Origin: Chrysomallon squamiferum
Taxonomy: Eukaryota; Animalia; Mollusca
Length of the DNA: 64,000 nucleotides
Reading direction: 5' to 3'
Assembly: GCA_012295275.1 (NCBI GenBank)
Contig: CM022673.1
Location: forward strand, 18,476,001-18,540,000
Below are positions 13,401-22,400 of this stretch, one piece after another. Below the pieces are notes generated by a model. The model made no database searches and was not told the origin of the DNA. It saw only the letters and a program-made list of their open reading frames with translations. Position numbers and translations under genes: made by a program. Positions within the stretch are counted from its first letter, which is position 1; each line of letters opens with the position of its first letter.

Positions 13401-16400
13401 TCGTCCGGAGTAGTGATTTTGAAGTTCCTTCACTGCGTCTTTGTTGGAAATATTCTGCTGTTTCAAACATTGGCTGGCAGACTCCAACTCAGCAGAAAAC
13501 GTTTTTTGAAACTTTTAGACAGCTCGGCAGCTTGCTCCTGTACAGCCTTCATCACATCTTCGTCAGCCATCTTGTCAAAATGATACTCATCACAGTCAGG
13601 CTCCTTCTTCATTTCGCCTGATTGGCCTTCCTCTGGGAAAATCTTATCCACGTCAGGCACACTCAGTTCAAGGGACATGTTTAACCTTTTGGCGGCACAT
13701 ATCACTTTGGTAACGTTCTTGTTTTGTAACTTGGAGGATAACATTGAATTGAACTTGGAGAAGCAATTTTTCATTTTGTTCGGTCACTGTTAGAGATGGT
13801 TTTGGTGCTTGCTTTTGTCAGATCTGTAGGGAGAAATACAATGAGATATTTTGATATGTGTGAAATAACCAACAGCAGTGTGCCTTTCTTTTCATTATTT
13901 TTCTTTCTCGTTCTTTAGTAATTTTTTTCTTACAACGCTTCGTAAGCTTTTTTTTTCTTCCTGGAGCTAGAAGTATCTTTTTATTTATTATTTTAATTTT
14001 ATTTTTTTACTATTTTATTTTATTTGTTTTTGACTCATTCAATTTTTGTTTTCATTTTCTGTTTATGTGACAGAGAAATACTGAAAATTGATTATCGGTG
14101 ACATGTTTTCACTACTTCGGTGATTTTGTGCTGTAAGTATTATTTAATAGTGTCACTATCACAACAGCTGTCAGTTTTACACACTTCCGTTTATCCCTTT
14201 CATACGAACATTTCACTGAAATCTACCAACCATTTGAGACCAGTCGTTACTGTTTTCACGCTAGGGTTTTTATCATTCTCGCAACATTAACCTTATAATT
14301 TTCTTAGGAATGTTCTTATCAATTTAAGAATACCAGTTTCACACTAATATATTTACCAGTTTCACACTCATATACTTACCTGTTTCACACAAATGTATTT
14401 ACCAGATTCATTAGTGTACTTAACAGTTTCACACTAAAGTACTTACCAGTTTCACACTAAAGTACTTACCAGTTTCACACGAATCTCCTCCAAAAGAACC
14501 AGTACACTGACAATGTCCAGATTTTACGTCACACGTCCCATGAGGACCACAACTTCCAGCAGAACATGAAGGTCGATTTTCTCTGTCTTCTGTGAAAACA
14601 ACAGATGAATAATTGTAGTTTCTATTTAACCTCAAGATTAAAATTGTGACATATTCTTAGCAATTTATATATTTGAATGTTTAATGACCTCCTTTGAATT
14701 TAAATCTTGAGTTAATCTACGTTAATTCTTGTTGTGTCATACTAAAAATACATGACTTTCAAAATTAAAAGTTTGATGGTTTTCCATAAACGCGGATTTA
14801 TTTTTCATGTTCTATATTTATTTAAAAGTGATATGTTATGTCATGAACCCGCTACTATTCACGACATGAACACGTTACTTTTCCGATATAATATAATGAT
14901 ATCTTTTAAATTATTTGTATTACATACTATATGATGAACAAAATCTTCTATCGAGAAAATCTATAAGACTTACCGTGAGAACTTTTGTTCACGTGATTGG
15001 AAAAAGTTTCCACCATCTGGGTTCGTCCGGAGTAGTGATTTTGAAGTTCCTTCACTGCGTCTTTGTTGGAAATATTCTGCTGTTTCAAACATTGGCTGGC
15101 AGACTCAACTCAGCAGAAAACGTTTTTGAAACTTTTAGACAGCTCGGCAGCTTGCTCCTGTACAGCCTTCATCACATCTTCGTCAGCCATCTTGTCAAAA
15201 TGATACTCATCACAGTCAGGCTCCTTCTTCATTTCGCCTGATTGGCCTTCCTCTGGGAAAATCTTATCCACGTCAGGCACACTCAGTTCAAGGGACATGT
15301 TTAACCTTTTGGCGGCACATATCACTTTGGTAACGTTCTTGTTTTTAACTTGGAGGATAACATTGAATTGAACTTGGAGAAGCAATTTTTCATTTTTGTT
15401 CGGTCACTGTTAGAGATGGTTTTGGTGCTTGCTTTTGTCAGATCTGTAGGGAGAAATACAATGAGATATTTTGATATGTGTGAAATAACCAACAGCAGTG
15501 TGCCTTTCTTTTCATTATTTTTTCTTCTCGTTCTTTAGTAATTTTTTCTTACAACGCTTCGTAAGCTTTTCTTTTTCTTCCTGGAGCTAGAAGTATCTTT
15601 TATTTATTATTTTAATTTTATTTTTTTTACTATTTTATTTTATTTGTTTTTGACTCATTCAATTTTTGTTTTCATTTTCTGTTTATGTGACAGAGAAATA
15701 CTGAAAATTGATTATCGGTGACATGTTTTCACTACTTCGGTGATTTTGTGCTGTAAGTATTATTTAATAGTGTCACTATCACAACAGCTGTCAGTTTTAC
15801 ACACTTCCGTTTATCCCTTTCATACGAACATTTCACTGAAATCTACCAACCATTTGAGACCAGTCGTTACTGTTTTCACGCTAGGGTTTTTATCATTCTC
15901 GCAACATTAACCTTATAATTTTCTTAGGAATGTTCTTATCAATTTAAGAATACCAGTTTCACACTAATATATTTACCAGTTTCACACTCATATACTTACC
16001 TGTTTCACACAAATGTATTTACCAGATTCATTAGTGTACTTAACAGTTTCACACTAAAGTACTTACCAGTTTCACACTAAAGTACTTACCAGTTTCACAC
16101 GAATCTCCTCCAAAAGAACCAGTACACTGACAATGTCCAGATTTTACGTCACACGTCCCATGAGGACCACAACTTCCAGCAGAACATGAAGGTCGATTTT
16201 CTCTGTCTTCTGTGAAAACAACAGATGAATAATTGTAGTTTCTATTTAACCTCAAGATTAAAATTGTGACATATTCTTAGCAATTTATATATTTGAATGT
16301 TTAATGACCTCCTTTGAATTTAAATCTTGAGTTAATCTACGTTAATTCTTGTTGTGTCATACTAAAAATACATGACTTTCAAAATTAAAAGTTTGATGGT

Positions 16401-19400
16401 TTTCCATAAACGCGGATTTATTTTTCATGTTCTATATTTATTTAAAAAAGTGATATGTTATGTCATGAACCCGCTACTATTCACGACATGAACACGTTAC
16501 TTTTCCGATATAATATAATGATATCTTTTAAATTATTTGTATTACATACTATATGATGAACAAAATCTTCTATCGAGAAAATCTATAAGACTTACCGTGA
16601 GAACTTTTGTTCACGTGATTGGAAAAAGTTTCCACCATCTGGGTTCGTCCGGAGTAGTGATTTTGAAGTTCCTTCACTGCGTCTTTGTTGGAAATATTCT
16701 GCTGTTTCAAACATTGGCTGGCAGACTCCAACTCAGCAGAAAACGTTTTTTTGAAACTTTTAGACAGCTCGGCAGCTTGCTCCTGTACAGCCTTCATCAC
16801 ATCTTCGTCAGCCATCTTGTCAAAATGATACTCATCACAGTCAGGCTCCTTCTTCATTTCGCCTGATTGGCCTTCCTCTGGGAAAATCTTATCCACGTCA
16901 GGCACACTCAGTTCAAGGGACATGTTTAACCTTTTGGCGGCACATATCACTTTGGTAACGTTCTTGTTTTGTAACTTGGAGGATAACATTGAATTGAACT
17001 TGGAGAAGCAATTTTTCATTTTTGTTCGGTCACTGTTAGAGATGGTTTTGGTGCTTGCTTTTGTCAGATCTGTAGGGAGAAATATACAATGAGATATTTT
17101 GATATGTGTGAAATAACCAACAGCAGTGTGCCTTTCTTTTCATTATTTTTCTTCTCGTTCTTTAGTAATTTTTTTTTCTTACAACGCTTCGTAAGCTTTT
17201 CTTTTTCTTCCTGGAGCTAGAAGTATCTTTTATTTATTATTTTAATTTTATTTTTTTACTATTTTATTTTATTTGTTTTTGACTCATTCAATTTTTGTTT
17301 TCATTTTCTGTTTATGTGACAGAGAAATACTGAAAATTGATTATGGGTGACATGTTTTCACTACTTCGGTGATTTTGTGCTGTAAGTATTATTTAATAGT
17401 GTCACTATCACAACAGCTGTCAGTTTTACACACTTCCGTTTATCCCTTTCATACGAACATTTCACTGAAATCTACCAACCATTTGAGACCAGTCGTTACT
17501 GTTTTCACGCTAGGGTTTTTATCATTCTCGCAACATTAACCTTATAATTTTCTTAGGAATGTTCTTATCAATTTAAGAATACCAGTTTCACACTAATATA
17601 TTTACCAGTTTCACACTCATATACTTACCTGTTTCACACAAATGTATTTACCAGATTCATTAGTGTACTTAACAGTTTCACACTAAAAGTACTTACCAGT
17701 TTCACACTAAAGTACTTACCAGTTTCACACGAATCTCCTCCAAAAGAACCAGTACACTGACAATGTCCAGATTTTACGTCACACGTCCCATGAGGACCAC
17801 AACTTCCAGCAGAACATGAAGGTCGATTTTCTCTGTCTTCTGTGAAAACAACAGATGAATAATTGTAGTTTCTATTTAACCTCAAGATTAAAATTGTGAC
17901 ATATTCTTAGCAATTTATATATTTGAATGTTTAATGACCTCCTTTGAATTTAAATCTTGAGTTAATCTACGTTAATTCTTGTTGTGTCATACTAAAAATA
18001 CATGACTTTCAAAATTAAAAGTTTGATGGTTTTCCATAAACGCGGATTTATTTTTCATGTTCTATATTTATTTAAAAAGTGATATGTTATGTCATGAACC
18101 CGCTACTATTCACGACATGAACACGTTACTTTTCCGATATAATATAATGATATCTTTTAAATTATTTGTATTACATACTATATGATGAACAAAATCTTCT
18201 ATCGAGAAAATCTATAAGACTTACCGTGAGAACTTTTGTTCACGTGATTGGAAAAAGTTTCCACCATCTGGGTTCGTCCGGAGTAGTGATTTTGAAGTTC
18301 CTTCACTGCGTCTTTGTTGGAAATATTCTGCTGTTTCAAACATTGGCTGGCAGACTCCAACTCAGCAGAAAACGTTTTTTTGAAACTTTTAGACAGCTCG
18401 GCAGCTTGCTCCTGTACAGCCTTCATCACATCTTCGTCAGCCATCTTGTCAAAATGATACTCATCACAGTCAGGCTCCTTCTTCATTTCGCCTGATTGGC
18501 CTTCCTCTGGGAAAATCTTATCCACGTCAGGCACACTCAGTTCAAGGGACATGTTTAACCTTTTGGCGGCACATATCACTTTGGTAACGTTCTTGTTTTG
18601 TAACTTGGAGGATAACATTGAATTGAACTTGGAGAAGCAATTTTTCATTTTGTTCGGTCACTGTTAGAGATGGTTTTGGTGCTTGCTTTTGTCAGATCTG
18701 TAGGGAGAAATACAATGAGATATTTTGATATGTGTGAAATAACCAACAGCAGTGTGCCTTTCTTTTCATTATTTTTCTTCTCGTTCTTTAGTAATTTTTT
18801 CTTACAACGCTTCGTAAGCTTTTCTTTTTCTTCCTGGAGCTAGAAGTATCTTTTATTTATTATTTTAATTTTATTTTTTTACTATTTTATTTTATTTGTT
18901 TTTGACTCATTCAATTTTTGTTTTCATTTTCTGTTTATGTGACAGAGAAATACTGAAAATTGATTATGGGTGACATGTTTTCACTACTTCGGTGATTTTG
19001 TGCTGTAAGTATTATTTAATAGTGTCACTATCACAACAGCTGTCAGTTTTACACACTTCCGTTTATCCCTTTCATACGAACATTTCACTGAAATCTACCA
19101 ACCATTTGAGACCAGTCGTTACTGTTTTCACGCTAGGGTTTTTATCATTCTCGCAACATTAACCTTATAATTTTCTTAGGAATGTTCTTATCAATTTAAG
19201 AATACCAGTTTCACACTAATATATTTACCAGTTTCACACTCATATACTTACCTGTTTCACACAAATGTATTTACCAGATTCATTAGTGTACTTAACAGTT
19301 TCACACTAAAGTACTTACCAGTTTCACACTAAAGTACTTACCAGTTTCACACGAATCTCCTCCAAAAGAACCAGTACACTGACAATGTCCAGATTTTACG

Positions 19401-22400
19401 TCACACGTCCCATGAGGACCACAACTTCCAGCAGAACATGAAGGTCGATTTTCTCTGTCTTCTGTGAAAACAACAGATGAATAATTGTAGTTTCTATTTA
19501 ACCTCAAGATTAAAATTGTGACATATTCTTAGCAATTTATATATTTGAATGTTTAATGACCTCCTTTGAATTTAAATCTTGAGTTAATCTACGTTAATTC
19601 TTGTTGTGTCATACTAAAAATACATGACTTTCAAAATTAAAAGTTTGATGGTTTTCCATAAACGCGGATTTATTTTTCATGTTCTATATTTATTTAAAAA
19701 GTGATATGTTATGTCATGAACCCGCTACTATTCACGACATGAACACGTTACTTTTCCGATATAATATAATGATATCTTTTAAATTATTTGTATTACATAC
19801 TATATGATGAACAAAATCTTCTATCGAGAAAATCTATAAGACTTACCGTGAGAACTTTTGTTCACGTGATTGGAAAAAGTTTCCACCATCTGGGTTCGTC
19901 CGGAGTAGTGATTTTGAAGTTCCTTCACTGCGTCTTTGTTGGAAATATTCTGCTGTTTCAAACATTGGCTGGCAGACTCCAACTCAGCAGAAAACGTTTT
20001 TTTGAAACTTTTAGACAGCTCGGCAGCTTGCTCCTGTACAGCCTTCATCACATCTTCGTCAGCCATCTTGTCAAAATGATACTCATCACAGTCAGGCTCC
20101 TTCTTCATTTCGCCTGATTGGCCTTCCTCTGGGAAAATCTTATCCACGTCAGGCACACTCAGTTCAAGGGACATGTTTAACCTTTTGGCGGCACATATCA
20201 CTTTGGTAACGTTCTTGTTTTGTAACTTGGAGGATAACATTGAATTGAACTTGGAGAAGCAATTTTTCATTTTTGTTCGGTCACTGTTAGAGATGGTTTT
20301 GGTGCTTGCTTTTGTCAGATCTGTAGGGAGAAATACAATGAGATATTTTGATATGTGTGAAATAACCAACAGCAGTGTGCCTTTCTTTTCATTATTTTTC
20401 TTCTCGTTCTTTAGTAATTTTTTTTTCTTACAACGCTTCGTAAGCTTTTCTTTTTCTTCCTGGAGCTAGAAGTATCTTTTATTTATTATTTTAATTTTAT
20501 TTTTTTACTATTTTATTTTATTTGTTTTTGACTCATTCAATTTTTGTTTTCATTTTCTGTTTATGTGACAGAGAAATACTGAAAATTGATTATGGGTGAC
20601 ATGTTTTCACTACTTCGGTGATTTTGTGCTGTAAGTATTATTTAATAGTGTCACTATCACAACAGCTGTCAGTTTTACACACTTCCGTTTATCCCTTTCA
20701 TACGAACATTTCACTGAAATCTACCAACCATTTGAGACCAGTCGTTACTGTTTTCACGCTAGGGTTTTTATCATTCTCGCAACATTAATCTTATAATTTT
20801 CTTAGGAATGTTCTTATCAATTTAAGAATACCAGTTTCACACTAATATATTTACCAGTTTCACACTCATATACTTACCTGTTTCACACAAATGTATTTAC
20901 CAGATTCATTAGTGTACTTAACAGTTTCACACTAAAAAGTACTTACCAGTTTCACACTAAAGTACTTACCAGTTTCACACGAATCTCCTCCAAAAGAACC
21001 AGTACACTGACAATGTCCAGATTTTACGTCACACGTCCCATGAGGACCACAACTTCCAGCAGAACATGAAGGTCGATTTTCTCTGTCTTCTGTGAAAACA
21101 ACAGATGAATAATTGTAGTTTCTATTTAACCTCAAGATTAAAATTGTGACATATTCTTAGCAATTTATATATTTGAATGTTTAATGACCTCCTTTGAATT
21201 TAAATCTTGAGTTAATCTACGTTAATTCTTGTTGTGTCATACTAAAAATACATGACTTTCAAAATTAAAAGTTTGATGGTTTTCCATAAACGCGGATTTA
21301 TTTTTCATGTTCTATATTTATTTAAAAAGTGATATGTTATGTCATGAACCCGCTACTATTCACGACATGAACACGTTACTTTTCCGATATAATATAATGA
21401 TATCTTTTAAATTATTTGTATTACATACTATATGATGAACAAAATCTTCTATCGAGAAAATCTATAAGACTTACCGTGAGAACTTTTGTTCACGTGATTG
21501 GAAAAAGTTTCCACCATCTGGGTTCGTCCGGAGTAGTGATTTTGAAGTTCCTTCACTGCGTCTTTGTTGGAAATATTCTGCTGTTTCAAACATTGGCTGG
21601 CAGACTCCAACTCAGCAGAAAACGTTTTTTTGAAACTTTTAGACAGCTCGGCAGCTTGCTCCTGTACAGCCTTCATCACATCTTCGTCAGCCATCTTGTC
21701 AAAATGATACTCATCACAGTCAGGCTCTTTCTTCATTTCGCCTGATTGGCCTTCCTCTGGGAAAATCTTATCCACGTCAGGCACACTCAGTTCAAGGGAC
21801 ATGTTTAACCTTTTGGCGGCACATATCACTTTGGTAACGTTCTTGTTTTGTAACTTGGAAGATAACATTGAATTGAACTTGGAGAAGCAATTTTTCATTT
21901 TTGTTCGGTCACTGTTAGAGATGGTTTTGGTGCTTGCTTTTGACAGATCTGTAGAGAAAAATAATGAGAGATAATGAAATGTATTTTAACACTACCTACA
22001 GCAGTATGAGTTGGTTTTTAGTGTGGGTTTCTTCTGGTTCCTAGGAATGTTGTCTTACATGAGATTGTAAGCTTTTTTTTTTTCATCCTAGAGCTCGATA
22101 TATCATTTTTTATTGCTTGAATTTTATTTTATTTTATTTTATTTTATTTTATTTTTTATTCATCTTTTTGTTGTCAGTTTTTGTTTGTATGATATTCAAA
22201 TATTGAACACTGTTTTTACTACTTTGGTGTTCATATGCTATAATTATTATTTAATAAACCGGTAATAACTAAAGTTACCAGTTTTACACAATTCCATATG
22301 TCTGTTTCGTACGACAGTTTTCTTATCATTTTGACACTAAAGTACTTACCATTTTCACACGATGTACTTACCAGTTTCACACGAATCTCCTCCAAAAGAA

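Noticed and set aside
3547-21745. Recurrent plus-strand ORFs (MYYILYDEQ..., MFNLLAAH..., MSYQKY...)
   Set aside because: Antisense or intronic shadows, repeated only because the DNA is repeated.
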